Part shown: positions 26,857-40,228 of the stretch, in pieces
Numbering within the stretch: the first letter of the stretch is position 1
Layout: each line of letters begins with the position of its first letter
Source: Eledone cirrhosa
Taxonomy: Eukaryota
Assembly (NCBI GenBank): GCA_964016885.1
Contig: OZ024759.1
Span: 23,126,001-23,190,000 of the forward strand
Length of the DNA stretch: 64,000 nucleotides
Reading direction: 5' to 3'
The notes under the pieces: model-generated
The model's database searches: none
What the model was told of the DNA's origin: nothing
Seen by the model: only the letters and a program-made list of their open reading frames with translations
Program-made: the position numbers and the translations under genes

Positions 26857-27602
26857 AGATATATAATAATTTTATGTGAGGCCTTAACGTAGTTTGCTGG
26901 GTGATTCAGTGTGATAAGGCTTGCCTCTTGAATTGCAAGTACTAATCATTTTTGCCAGATATGGGGACAAGAGCAACATGAAATAAAGCATCTTGCCCAA
27001 GGACACAATATGCCAAAACCTAGTCAAAAATCAAACTTGTGACCTTACGATAGTGAACCAAATGCCCTAACCACAAAACCTTCACATATAAATACATATA
27101 TACATATGGCAAACTGAATACAAATGTTTTTTTTTCTCAAAATATTTTTTCCATCCCTTCCTCTTCTCAAGCTTTATCTTTCTATTTCATCTTTTATTTC
27201 TCATTCTATCTTCTGATGAAGGACTAGTGTCAGAAACTTTAAGACACTTTTCTGACTATATCAAGTGTTAAACTAATATGTTTCTTCATTGTACTGTGTT
27301 GTCTGCTTTGCTGTTTCTGTTTACTTTTTGCATATATATATATATATATCCACCACAAGCCACAGGCCCTTCATAAAGAGGTTGGTGACAGGAATGCTAT
27401 CAGGCTGTAAAACATTGCCTCAAAAACTACTGTCCAACCCAAGCAATCATGGAAATAGTAATGTAAAATTGATGGTGTGTGTGTGTGCATGTGTGTAATG
27501 TGGTGAGTAGTGTGACGTGCGGTCTGTGTAGTGCAGTGGTATGGTGTATGTTTCCTAATACCTTGGAGAGACTTACTCTAGTTTTCTATTGTGTTCTTTC
27601 AG

Positions 27603-27702
27603 CTTCCAATATGTCTGCTACAACAAACTATACCACCATGAATGTGTGCGGTACATGTGAAACACATAAGAAGAATAAATATCGTCGCGACCCTGATCAA
27701 AG
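27603..27702 (+). CDS. NT5C2: cN-II/NT5C2-like exon: (A)SNMSATTNYTTMNVCGTCETHKKNKYRRDPDQ(R); ATG at 27611
   Basis: Pyrimidine tract plus CAG acceptor; AG|GTATTG donor (phase 2). KKNKYRRDPDQR matches cN-II KKYRREAYHR and joins in frame to the 44446 exon. Confidence 0.85.
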
Positions 27703-27912
27703 GTATTGTACCATGTTTTCTTCTTACTAACATATCTAACATTAACATTTCCTTCACAGATGCTGTAGCTGGGTCTGTAGCTGACTGACATCGATTGGTC
27801 TGATCAGCCACCATTCAGCCTTACAGTAAGCATGGAACTCCTAGAACTTTCCCCCTCCAGGTGGAGTTGTAGGAGTGTCGTCATGACATATGCTATGTCT
27901 TGGACATTTTAA

Positions 27913-28323
27913 CCCTTTAGCATTTACATTACTCTATATTTACTATTGTATTTTCATGTTAAGGGCTTTACCTCATAACTATCTCACATGATATCGAATC
28001 TATGAGATTTTGATATTTATTTAGAGAACAATACCTTAACATAAGTATGAGTTGCTGGTTACGGCTGGTTTGAACAGAAAGAGATGAGAGAATTCTGACC
28101 GGATATGGCCAGTTTAATCCTTTAGCATTTACATTACTCTATATTTACTATTGTATTTTCATGGTAAAGGCTTTATCTCATAATTATCTCACATGATATC
28201 AAATCTATGAGATTTTGATATTTATTTAGAGAACAATACCTTAACATAAGTATGAGTGGCTGGTTTGAACAGAAAGGGGTGAGAGAATTCTGACCAGATA
28301 CAGCTGGTTTAAATGCTAAAGTG
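27913..28323 (+). mobile_element. piggyBac-like MITE, tandem dimer
   Basis: TTAA|CCCTTTAGCATTTA ... TAAATGCTAAAGTG|TTAA; the internal unit of about 205 bp is duplicated. Confidence 0.7.
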
Positions 28324-28414
28324 TTAAACCCTGTGGAGCCCATCTCTCTCTCTCTCTCCATGTTTGAACACAACTGATTTCTTCCAGAGAAAAAGAGAAA
28401 AAGAAACAGAGAGA

Positions 28415-29052
28415 AAGTGTGTAAGAAGTGTGTAGGATGTGTAGTGTGTAGGATGCAAATAGTGTGTAGGATGTGTAGTGTGTAGCATGTAGCCTGTGTG
28501 TAGTGTGTAGCATGTGCGTGTGTGAAATGTGTGTGTGCATGTGTAGTGTGAGTGTGTGTGAGTAGTGTGTAGTGTGTGTGTGTGAGTAGTGTATGTGTGT
28601 GTAATGTGTGTGTGTGTGTGTAGTGTGTGTGAGTAGTGTATGTGTGTGTGTGTGTGTGTAGTGTGTAGTGTGTGTGTGTGTGTAATGTGTGTGTGTGTGT
28701 GTGTGTGTGAGTAGTGTGTAGGATGCAAATAATGTGTAGTGTGTAGCATGTAGTGTGTGAGTAGTGTGTAGTGTGTGTGTGAGTAGCGTGTAGTATGTGT
28801 ATGTGAGTAGTGTGTAGTATGTGTGTGTAGTGTGTGTGTGTGAGAGTAGCGTGTAGCGTGTGTGTAGTGTGTGTGTGAGTAGTGTGTGTGAGTAGTGTGT
28901 AGTGTGTATGTGTGTGTGAGTAGTGTGTATGTGTGTGTGAGTAGTGTGTATGTGTGTGTGAGTAGTGTGTATGTGTGTGTGAGTAGTGTGTATGTGTGTG
29001 TGAGTAGTGTGTAGTGTGTGTGTGAGTAGTGTGTATGTGTGTATGTGTGTAT
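28415..29052. repeat. (GT)n/GTAGT compound microsatellite
   Basis: Seen directly. Confidence 0.95.
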
Positions 29053-29084
29053 AGAGAGGAAATGAGAAAGAGATATAGAAGAAT

Positions 29085-29325
29085 CAACCCTAGTATTGAG
29101 CCAAGTACTTTTTTTTTATCAACCTCGAAACGATGAAAGGCAAAGTTGTCCTTGGTACTTTTGGCACAAGACCCGCAATTACCCAGTGCATTACTGGTAC
29201 TTTATTTTATTGACCCCATAAGGATGAAAGGCAAAGTTAACCTCAGCGGGATTTAAACTCAGAACGTAAAAGGTCATAACTCTTGCAAAGCATGGTGTCT
29301 GACACTCTACCGATACTGCCAATCT
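29085..29325 (-). mobile_element. SINE family A (nested copies)
   Basis: Family A consensus on the minus strand. Confidence 0.8.
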
Positions 29326-29621
29326 GAGCCATAATATATAATATATATATAATGTATGTATATATAATGTATGTATATACACCCATTCTTATTAATCTAA
29401 GAATAAATCACTCTATTTTCAAGTCAGTTCATCACAACTTTCATATTAACAAAAATAGATGAAACAGAATAATTAATTGGGTGACAGAACTTATTGATTA
29501 ATTACCGTTAATACTTAATGAAGTAATCATAATAGATGTGTTGTAATTTATAACAAGGCAAGGGGCTGAATTAAGTGCAAGAATTTCAGGAGCTGGTGCA
29601 GTAATACACCAACTTCAGCAT

Positions 29622-29985
29622 TCATCATCAGCATCATTTTATGTCTGCTTTTCCCTACTTGCAAGGGTTGGACAGGTCCTATTCAGCATCTATCCATTTG
29701 TCACGGTCCTTCGTCGTCATCTCCGTGAGCTTCAGCGATCTGAGATCAGCTCATACCACCTCCGCCCATGTTTTTGTGGTCTTTCTCTACTGTGTCTTCC
29801 TTCTACTGGGATTTCTTGGCACTTCTTTACCCAGCGGTCATCCTCCATGTGCATCATATGTCCATACCAACGCCATCTTCTCTCCTGCACACTACAACTA
29901 ATCCCTCTTATACACAGTTTCTCTCTCAACTCATCTATGCTTTGTCGTTCACACACATTGACATTGCACATCCAACATTCAGTAA
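29622..29985 (-). mobile_element. RTE-type LINE 3' fragment with SINE-shared tail
   Basis: ELREKLCIRGI...ERRWRWYGHMM.MEDDRWVKKC; ends in an ATG-repeat tail. Confidence 0.8.
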
Positions 29986-30039
29986 TCAAAACAAGGGAGG
30001 TAGGTGTAAAAGCCTAACTTGCTATCTTTAATTCAGTAT

Positions 30040-30440
30040 TCATGTCAATTCTTACCTCTGGCCATGAATCTTGGGTAATAACTGAAAGAATAAGATCATA
30101 AATACAAGCGGCCGGAATGGGTTTCCTCCGAAGTGTCTTTGGGCTAATGTTAGTCGATAGAGTGCGTGTTTCAGAGATCAGAGAGTCACTCCAGGTAGAG
30201 CAACTACTACTCCGAATTGAGAGATCACAGCTCTGATACTATGGGCATGTGGTTAGAATGTCTCAGGAAAGGAGACCCAGGGGTAGATCCCGAGCAAGAT
30301 GGTTGTATATTATCCATGAGCTCGTTTGGTCTTGCTTGGGGATCCAACCAGATCAACTGGAGACGGTTGCTTCTGAGAAGGCCAGCTGGAAGGTGTGCTT
30401 CAGGACCTTCCCAGGAATAAGTGGGAGAAGAAGAAGAAAT
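30040..30440 (+). mobile_element. RTE-type LINE 3' fragment
   Basis: LT.GHESWVITERIR...GFLR...YYGHVVRMSQERRPRGRSRARW; ends in (AGA)n. Confidence 0.75.
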
Positions 30441-31375
30441 TAGAATTGTGAACAGAATAATAGGATTATAGGGTGATTTTACCCAATTTTATAAACCATT
30501 ATTTATAGCAACTAACTGTGTTTACAGTTATTTTCTGTGCCTAAGTTTCTATATTTCCTATATTTTCTATAAAATTCATCACTCCTCAGTGCTTCAAAAG
30601 TCTGATACTTTACACAAAATGTTTATATTCAAAAGCTGTTTGATTTAGCTTTATAATTTAGATTGGAACGGTTTTCAGAGGTCCCCCCAGCTCAATGGTT
30701 AGAGCAGTCAGCTGTTACTTTTTCCCCCCATCCATAAATGTATTCTACTCAATTTTCTAAACTATTAATTATAGCAAGTAACTGTGTTTACAGTTATTTT
30801 CTGCCAGGTTTGAAATACTGAAGATAGACTGTATATCAATATAGCAACCCCTACAACGACTCCATCATGAGTTACAGGTCTATAAATATACACACATATA
30901 CATCGTCAGCAGTGAGTGAGAGGGAAATAGCAGAAAGGAGGAGGTCCCGGTTTGTTTATCTACTAAGTGTCAAATTAACCCAAAATAAATGGTAAATTCC
31001 TCACTTGGTATCAGCACTGGAATGATGAAAATGGCAATAATTTCCGGAGAAATTTCCATCAACAATAACAAGTTTCAAATTTAAATTCCTTTCATATTTT
31101 TTTTTAAATATCATTTAAAAAAAGAATCAATATTTACAATATATGCACAGCTCCCATTTAAAAAAGAAAAAAAAAAATATATATATATATTATATATACA
31201 TATATATAATTGTTTCTACTTTGGGCCTAAGGCCAGCAATTATCCCAGTGTATTACTGGTACTTTATTTTATCAACCCCGTAAGGATGAAAGGCAAAGTT
31301 AACCTCGGCGGGATTTGAACAATATACATAATATATATATAGTTTAGTTACTGAGGTTATAGGAAAAACATACAT

Positions 31376-31710
31376 GGAGGCACATGGCTTAGTGGTTAGA
31401 GCATTGGCCTTGCAATCGAAAGGTTGTGAGTTCAATTCTCAGACCGGGTGATATGTTGTTTCCTTGAGCAAGACACTTTATTTCACATTGCTCCAGTTTA
31501 CTCAGCTGTAGAAATGAGATGATAGGACTAGGGTCCCTATCATTCCACTGCAAAGGGGTCGTGGAGGTGCCACAGCAAAAAAAGCACCCAGCACTCGCTG
31601 TAAATGAGGTTGGTGTTAGGAAGGGCATCCAGCTGTAGAAATCAAGCCAGAATCAGTTCCCGTCCCACCCTTGCAACCAGGGAAACGCGGACGTATGATG
31701 ATGATGATGA
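31376..31710 (+). mobile_element. Full-length SINE family B
   Basis: GGAGGCACATGGCTTAGTGG head through to the (ATG)n tail. Confidence 0.9.
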
Positions 31711-32327
31711 TATATATATACATATATATATATTTATATACATACATACCCCTGCGTGTGTCATCACCACCACCACCACCACCAATATTCTACTTGGGTC
31801 ATAAGATAGAGTAAAATTATCAGCTAAGTTCATATCCTGCTGGAACACTTATCAAAATTACCAGAGAGATAGGGAGAGAGAGGGGGTGAGATCATGAGAG
31901 AGAGAGTGATATATATAAATATACACACACACACACATACATACAGAGACAGATACAGATGCAGAGAGAGAGAGAGAGGTAAAGAATGTCAAAGTTCATT
32001 TTTCTGAACTTTACATATATCTTTTTTCATTTTTATTCTATTTTTTAAAACATTTATTCTGTATTATTTCTCAGGAAATGTCTCATTGAATTGCCAAATC
32101 ACGGGATCGTTCACTCTTGTGAATTAGTCAGCAACGGTTCAACTATTACAAAATAATAATGTCATAATTTTAATGTGATATTACCTTTACCACTACCCAC
32201 CTACCCATTACAAATAGTGTATTGTGTGCTTTCTGAGATGTAGTTTTGTGTGTTCCCACATTGAAATCTTATATCTCATTGCATGAGTTATGGACTTGCC
32301 AGGGCTATACAGATCCCTATCCCACTA

Positions 32328-32377
<50 letters not shown>

Positions 32378-32659
32378 TTACAACATCCAGTCCTAAATAA
32401 ATGAGATTGTGTAGGTGTCACGACAAAAAAAAACACAAAGTCTATGCTGTAATGTGGCCGTGTAGGTAACACGGTAAAAACCTCCCAGTCCACACTAAAC
32501 GTGGTTGGTGTTAGGAAGGGCATCCAGCCATAGAGAACCTGCCAGACAGTCCCATATGAGCGAGACAACCAATCTTGCCTCAAGTGGAACAATTCCCGTC
32601 TAAACCCATGCTAGCGTGGAAGATAGACGTTAAATGATGATGATGATGATATACAATAG

Positions 32660-33850
32660 AGAGAGGAAAAACACAGGAGCGTGTTTTCATTTACAGGATT
32701 TTAACCATCTTTGCTCCAGGGAGCTAAGCTTTAGTTTCTACAGCCTCTTCCACGAGCTCATCTATCATTGAGGCAATCCTCTTGGTGTAGCTTCGTTGGA
32801 TTGCCTTAAGTTCTGCAGTTAATTTGACATTGTGGGACGATCACAGTTGAGAACAATGGTCCAGTCAGCTGAGAGGATGAAAGTCCTCAGAATCCAATCC
32901 TCCAGTCATCTGTACGTTGCCATCATTTTGATTCCTCCTGGTCCAGTGTACTTTTGTTGTGTTGATTCTGTTTGTGGGTTGATAGAGTGCTTGAAACCTA
33001 CCTGCATTAAATAGCATATTGTTTCCCATCCGTATATGGCATCTAAATCCTATTGTAACAGAATAGCATCAGCCAGTTTCTTGATTGCCTGTGCTACTTT
33101 CATGTCATCAGCATAGCTTGTGAAGGAGGCTGTCCGAATTACATAGGATATATCTGAGAGAGCCACCACAAACAGTATTAACCCCAAGTCAGTTCCCTGG
33201 AGCATGTCTCTTGTTATTGATGCTTCCTTTGAGAGGGCCCTGTTGGCTGCAATGGTCTGGCTTCTGTTTTATAAGAAGTCATGAAGCCATTCGCCTAGTT
33301 TTCCAGTTATGCCAAAGCTACGTAATTTGTGACATATCATTCCATGATCAACCTTGTTAAAGGCCTTTGCAAAGTCGAGATATATCACATCTACATTCAA
33401 ACGGTCTAGCAGCTGTCTGAGTATCCAGTCATAATGCTGTAAGAGCTGCATAAGACAACTTCTAACCTGGCGAAAGACATACTGAGTGTTAGATCATTTT
33501 CCTCTAGAAAAGAGGTCAGTTTCCTTCTGATGATTCATTCCATGACTTGATATGTGAAGCCAGGGAAACAGCTCTGTAGCTTTTTAGTGTTTAGCATCTA
33601 TTCTACTCCCTCCTTTTTGAATAGAACATATGTCTTTTAGTTTTCCAGGTAGTTTATTACTTGTAAGGGATCTTTGGATGAGGATCTGCAGTGGTTTTGC
33701 TAATGTTCACTTGCATGTTTTTAGAAGGATTGCTGGGAAACCATCATTGGCCAGCTGCCAAATTTGCTGACATTTCATCTATGGCTGATATTACATCTTT
33801 CACCTGTATATTGATGTGGTTGATGGCTACCATTTCTCTGTTTAATGCAG
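32660..33850 (-). mobile_element. Decayed CR1-clade LINE RT fragment
   Basis: VDVIYLDFAKAFNKVDH...GITGKLGEWLHDFL; YADD at 33104-33115 on the minus strand; multiple stops and frameshifts. Confidence 0.85.
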
Positions 33851-35142
33851 TTGTGTTCAACGATATTTTTATATATATATATGTATGTATGTATGTAAAA
33901 GGTATACAGTAATAACACAATCGGTACAGTATATGGAAGGAATATATTGGGTTAACGCTTGAAATAGCAGGAAGAGGGTTTTAACGTTTCGGACGCTAGT
34001 CCATCATAAGAAAGAATGAGAAATAAGATAGATTGAAGGGATGGGCAGGGTAGAATTGGAAAAAATGTCTTTTATACACACAGTGTATTGACTTGTGTAT
34101 AAGTTGCAAAGGTTAAGTCTATAAATTAGCAACAATGGCGCTATTAACCTGGTGATCTAATTACAGGTGTTCAAAGATAATTAAATCATTTTCAATCAGG
34201 TTTATCATTTATAATGACACAGCTTCATGATAAAACACTTCTTTATCATATAAGCTTTCGGTAGACTTTCACCTTTTAATAACCATATGTATAATGAAAT
34301 ACACTATTTCAATTAATTAATTAACAATTTTGCTAGATTTATTAACATTATTAATTATTTGGATTAATTGAAATACAATATTTCAATTAATTAATGAAGA
34401 ATTATGTGAGATTTACAAAAATTATTAATTTTTCATTCCTAACGAAACTTAACATATGGTTCTTGTGTCAAACTATGTTGTAAAGTTTCATTTTAACCTG
34501 TTTATAACCATATTTCTAAACAAATATGCCTTTTCAATTAATGAATTGTGAGACATTTACTAAAATTATTTATTATTTCATTAATAAGACAGTAACTTAA
34601 CATATGCTTCTCATATAAACTGTTGGAGAATTTTAATTTCACCTTTTTATAGCTGTATTTCTAAAAATATATACTATTTAAATTAAGATTTTTGAGGTTT
34701 TTCCTAAAATTATTTCATTACTAAGTAATATGTTTACAAGTGGGCACTGTGCATCAGCTGGATGGACGACAAAACTAACAAGTCGGTCCCGGAGTTGATG
34801 AGAACAGAGAGGCAGGTGGTTGCAACCGTAAGGAAGGTGTCATCAGGGCCCAGAATCTTTGCACTCATATCCTGAAGTGATGCATTGATGACAAGAGAAG
34901 ATCGAGAGAAAAACCAAAGAGACACTAGAGTGATGACATCAAGGACTGAATGGGAAGAATGCTGGTGGAGTTCACAGTTGTGGTCAAGGAGAGGAGAACA
35001 TTGGTGCAATTGTCCATGGTCCCTGACCCTCAATAATGAGGGTGGGAAATGAAGAATAAAGTAACTTAACATGATTCTTGATTGGTGCTTTATTTTATTG
35101 ACCTCCATAGGATTTTATCTCAATGGAAATGGCCATTGTGGA

Positions 35143-36233
35143 TAGTAGTGGTGGTGGTGGTGGTGGTAATGGTGGTGGTGGTAGTAGTAGTGGTAGTAGT
35201 GGTGGTGGTGGTGGTGGTGATAGTAGTGGTAGTAGTGGTGATGGTGGTGGAGGTAGTAGTGGTAGTGGTGGTGGAGGTAGTAGTGGTAGTGGTGGTGGAG
35301 GTAGTAGTGGTAGTGGTGGTGGAGGTAGTGGTGGTAGTGGTGGTGGTGGTAGTTGGTGATAGTTGTGGTAGTAGTAGTGGTAATGGTAATAGTGGTGGTG
35401 GCGCTAGTAGTGGCAATGGTAGTAGAGGTAGTGGTTGTAATGAGTGGTGGGTGTAATGAGTAGTGGTGGTGGTGGTAGTAGTGGTGGTAGTAGTGGTGGT
35501 GGTAGTAGTGGTGGTGGTGGTGGTGGTGGTAGTAGTGGTGGTGGTGGTGGTGGTGGTAGTAGTAGTGGTGGTGGTAGTAGTAGTGGTAGTAGTAGTGGTA
35601 GTAGTGGTGGTGGTAGTAGTGGTGGTGGTGGTGGTGGTGGTGGTAGTGGTGGTGGTGGTGGTAGTGGTGGTGGTGGTGGTAGTGGTGGTGGTGGTGGTAG
35701 TGGTGGTGGTGGTGGTAGTGGTGGTGGTGGTGGTAGTGGTGGTGGTGGTGGTGGTAGTGGTGGTGGTGGTAGTGGTAGTAGTAGTGGTGGTGGTAGTAGT
35801 AGTGGTGGTGGTGGTAGTAGTGGTGGTGGTGGTAGTAGTGGTGGTGGTGGTAGTAGTGGTGGTAGTAGTGGTGGTGGTAGTAGTGGTGGTGGTAGTAGTG
35901 GTGGTGGTAGTAGTAGTGGTGGTGGTAGTAGTAGTGGTGGTGGTAGTAGTAGTGGTGGTGGTAGTAGTAGTGGTGGTGGTAGTAGTAGTGGTGGTGGTAG
36001 TAGTAGTGGTGGTGGTAGTAGTGGTGGTGGTGGTAGTGGTGGTGGTGGTAGTGGTGGTGGTGGTAGTGGTGGTGGTGGTAGTGGTGGCGGTGGTAGTAGT
36101 AGCGGTGGTGGTCGTAGCGGTGGTGGTCGTAGCAGTGGTGGTCGTAGCAGTGGTGGTCGTAGCAGTGGTGGTCGTAGCAGTGGTGGTCGTAGCAGTGGTG
36201 GTCGTAGCAGTAGTAGTAGCGGTAGCAGTGGTG
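35143..36233. repeat. (GGT/AGT)n trinucleotide tract, about 1.1 kb
   Basis: Seen directly. Confidence 0.97.
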
Positions 36234-36480
36234 TCTGATATCTTGTTATATTCTCCGAGTAGTTGGCAGCCCAGCCGATAGAATGTACTGATTATTACAT
36301 TATAGAAATGGTAAGACAGGTTTGTGTAAACTATTTTGGCGATGTGGAACAAAAAAAAAAATAGCAATTATATTCTGTCGATTATTAGGTTTTATAGAAG
36401 AATGTGGTGAGGAACTCTTATAATAAGAATGCAATAATGTTATGTAAAGAATTTTAATTGACTCTAATGTAATTAGAAGA

Positions 36481-37285
36481 GGAGGCACGTGGCCTAGTGG
36501 TGAGAGTATTGGATTTATTACCATCATAATAAAGTGGGTTTGATTCTTGGACTGGGTATTGCGTTGTGTTGTGTTCTTGAGCAAAACACTCCATAAACTA
36601 TCCTGCAGTGAGCCAGGCTCCCATACTGTGGTTCTGCACCTATCTTTCCTCATAGTGGCGTCATCCAGTACCGGGTCCCTAAACTATGGTCATGCTGTGA
36701 GATGGGTTCAACGCGGCCAACTGACCTGTCTCTCCTCATAGTAGTGCCATCCGATACTGAGCCATGAAACTATGGCTATGCTGTTAGATTGGTTAGGCTC
36801 CTCGTATCGCTGCCAACAAGTACTGGGCTCCAACAGGCCTCTTTGCATAGTGGTGCCATCCAACGGCAGGCTCCCAAATTGTGGCCCCACACCTGTCTCT
36901 CCTCATCCAGTGCCAGGCCCCCAAAATGGTGGCTAGGCTGTGAAATGGGTCAGGCTCCTCGTATTGGTGCCTTCTAGTACTGGCCCCTAAACTATGGTTC
37001 TGCTGCGATATGTGTCGGGCTCCATAACTGGTTTTGTTGTGAGACTGGATCAGCGCAGCTTACTGGCCTATCCCTCCTCATGAAGGAGCCATCCAGTCCC
37101 ACACTGTAAATGTGGTTAGTGTTAGGAAGGGCATCCAGCTGTAAAATACCTGGCCAAATTTACAGTCCTCAACGGAGCAAGGTGCAACATGGCCAACTCT
37201 GGCCAGACTTGCCTCCAGGCATGGACAACCCATCTAACAAATGCAAGCATGGAAGAATTGATGTTAAATGGAAATGATGATGATA
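36481..37285 (+). mobile_element. Older SINE family B with an internal degenerate tandem expansion
   Basis: B head at 36481-36600, degenerate repeats at 36600-37095, B tail at 37095-37285. Confidence 0.65.
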
Positions 37286-38020
37286 AACAAGGCATTCTTG
37301 AGAATACAAAACAGTGTTACATCAGCATCACAGCAAATATGAAAGAGTTTGCTCTTATACTGTAAATATCCACAACAATCTCTTCACTAGTAAAGATACT
37401 ATAAACATTTGAATTAAGGTCTATGAAACTGTATTAGCAAGACATTCTTGAAAAATACAAAATAACATTGTGACAGCATTACATTGAAGATTAAAATCTC
37501 TAATACTACAGATTCTCACAATAACCTGTCTACCAGTAAAGTTACTATAAGCATTTGAATTAACCATACAAAACAGCACTATAATTGCATCACATTAAAA
37601 ACTGAAAATCTTTACTCTGATGCTTTAAATTTTCACACCAAGCTGTCCAGTAGTAAAGATACTGAAAACATTTGAATTAACAAATCGTATGAAACTACAT
37701 TAGCAAAAGAATTTTCAAAATATCAGCAAGACATTCTTGATAAGTATAAAACAGCACTATGACTGCATCACATAAATTTATGTGTTTAATACTGTAAATT
37801 TTCACAACAATTTGTCCACTAGTAAATATACTATAAACATTTGAATTAAATATGAAAGTACATAAACAAGACATTCTTGATGAGTACAAAACACCTGTAT
37901 GACTGTATGACATTATAAATTTATGTGTTTACAATTTGTATCACATTATAAATTTATGTGTTTACAATGTGTTTACAATGTCCACTAGTAAATATACTAT
38001 AAACATTTAAATTAAGTTTA
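37285..38020. repeat. Degenerate tandem repeat, unit about 140-150 bp
   Basis: Recurrent CAAGACATTCTTGA...CACTAGTAAA.ATACTATAAACATTTGAATTAA. Confidence 0.8.
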
Positions 38021-38700
38021 CAAGTTACCTGGAATTGTTTTAGAAATACATTTTTTTTTTCAAAATAAGACAGTACATCACATAAATTAATATATCTTTA
38101 CTCCAATTTCTGAAAATGCAAATTTTCATAATCTGTTTCTGGCAGGGATGCTATAAAAAATTATATTAACCAACACATCTTATTTTTTTTTTTTTATATA
38201 TACATATTTTCCTGCTAAATCATAACAGGATGTAAACATAAAATTAATTAAAAAACTTTTGTTCTACAACTTATCACGGAATCCGTGTAGTTTTTGTGTT
38301 CAGGAAGTCAGTATATATTTCAATTTGGCTTAAACAAATAGTTAGGTTTAGTTCCTTTTACATTTTTTTGGTAAGACATGGCACCATTTCAAACTCTGTG
38401 GTTTTTAATCTAGTGATAAGACACAATGGAATACACTAGACTTAAATTCTAAACTCAACTTGGTTTGTCATGACTAAAAAGAGAAACTTACCTAATACTA
38501 GTCACTCTTTCAGTAAAATAAAACAAAAAACAAAAACAATAACAGCAACAACAACAAAAACAAGGTGTACTCACTGACTGGATTTTCTATAGTAAAAAAG
38601 AAAAAGAAAAAGAAAAAGAAAAAGAAAAAGAAAAATATAAAAATGGCTACAAGGTATTATTAGTATTTAATTTGTAATTTTATGTCTGTGTGTGTGTATA

Positions 38701-39060
38701 CAGTGTACCCTCAGCATTCGCTGTGCCACTTATTCGCGGAATTTTCCTCAGAACCTAACTAATAATTGTTCATGGAAACAACTGCATATTCGCGGAATCG
38801 TAAATACCTTCCACGATGTTTTTATGGCCTTTTTCGGGAAATATATATTTGTTTAACACTAAATTATTAATAACAATATACCGTATTTGCTGGCCTATTG
38901 GATAACTCTTCGCATAAAACGCTGCCTCTTTTAAAATTATATTTTACATTATATTTTGACATTTAGGCATATTTATGGAACACATCCAATATTCGCGGTT
39001 TTTCACTCTTTGTAGGTGCTCTAGGAAGGTAAACCCTGCAAATACTGATGGACGACTATG
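38701..39060. mobile_element. Tigger/pogo-like MITE
   Basis: TA|CAGTGTACCCTCAGCATTCGC ... GCAAATACTGATGGACGACT..|TA, resembling MER2/Tigger-type termini; internal ATTCGCGG repeats. Confidence 0.65.
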
Positions 39061-39061
39061 T

Positions 39062-39420
39062 ATCATCATCATCATCACCGTTTTACGTCCGTTCTTCCAC
39101 GCTAGCATGGGTTTGACAGGTTGTCCTGTTGTGGGCAGTAGCCAGTCAGCTGACTAAGTCTTGCTCATACAGGAACTGATTCTGGCTTGGTTTCTACAGC
39201 TGGATGCCCTTCTTAACACCAACCCCATTTACAGTGAGTGCTGGGTGCTTTTTTCCGTGGCGCCTACACGTCCACTTCACAGTGTGGGCTGGGTGCTTTT
39301 TTTGCCGTGGCACCTCCACGACCACTTTGCAGTGGGAGGGGGTAGGGTCATGTTGTCTATATGCTTCAGCTTCGACTTGTACCCATGGGGGGGGGGGTCT
39401 TCTGTTTTACTGCGTGACAC
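39062..39420 (-). mobile_element. SINE B / RTE-tail-type element
   Basis: Colinear with 341-685. Confidence 0.8.
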
Positions 39421-39443
39421 CAGAGGTGTATATATATATATAT

Positions 39444-40228
39444 ATATTGTTATACTTTGGGAGGGTCATGTTGCCAATAAGAAACACATGCACCAGTTGC
39501 TTTCACTTCAATTTATTATATATTTATAAATTTACAAATTTATAAATTTATAAATTTCTGATTGGTTGGTTGGTTGGTTCCACAACCAGATAGTTGTTTA
39601 TATATAGTCAGTCCTTTCGTCACACACTCTGTGACCTCTTCAGTGACTGGGGATTCCTTTCTTTGTTTCTGTGCCTCTCCTTTGTTCTGTCCTACGCCAT
39701 TTTGTTTCTGTGTGTGTGTTGTGTGCTCAGTTTGCGCATGCGCCACATCCGGGTGTCTGTGTGTGTTTATGTTCATTTATCTATTTGTTTATTTATTTAT
39801 TTATTTACATTGTTATTGGTTGGTTGTTTGTTCTATGTGTGTGTGTGTTTTCATTTTGTCCTTAATTGTAAGTTGTGATGTTACTGTTCCACTCATATTT
39901 TCTATTTAATTTTGGTTGTAATTCTTTTATGTTTATTGCCTCTGTAATTTGTCTAAACATTGCATCTTTTCTGAAGAGGTCACAGAGTGTGTGACGAAAG
40001 GACTATGACTATATATAAACAACTATCTGGTTGTGGAACCAACCAACCAACCAGAAATTTATAAATTTATAAATTTGTAAATTTATAAATATATAATAAA
40101 TTGAAGTGAAAGCAACTGGTGCGTGTGTTTCTTATTGGCAACATGACCCTCCCAAAGTATAACAATATCGGTTTCAACACACGATTTCAGATAAAGAATC
40201 TTGCTAAACAAATTCAGAAACGAAATAT
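39444..40228. mobile_element. Inverted-repeat element with about 200-bp arms, hammerhead-like core and one-sided tail (Penelope-like)
   Basis: 39444-39643 is the reverse complement of 39971-40168. Both arms begin with CTGAAGAG-GTCAC...GTGAC-GAAA. Extra tail at 40169-40225; flanked by (TA)n. Confidence 0.7.

Noticed and set aside
28173-29087. His/Thr-rich 304-aa ORF
   Set aside because: Translation of a (CA)n/CTACA microsatellite running into a MITE.
31376-31445. SINE A and SINE B heads as functional tRNA genes
   Set aside because: They have A- and B-box-like motifs but no complete acceptor or anticodon stems, and they continue into SINE bodies.
35082-36367. Poly-Gly/Ser, poly-Val and poly-Thr ORFs
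   Set aside because: Translations of an intronic (GGT/AGT)n tract.
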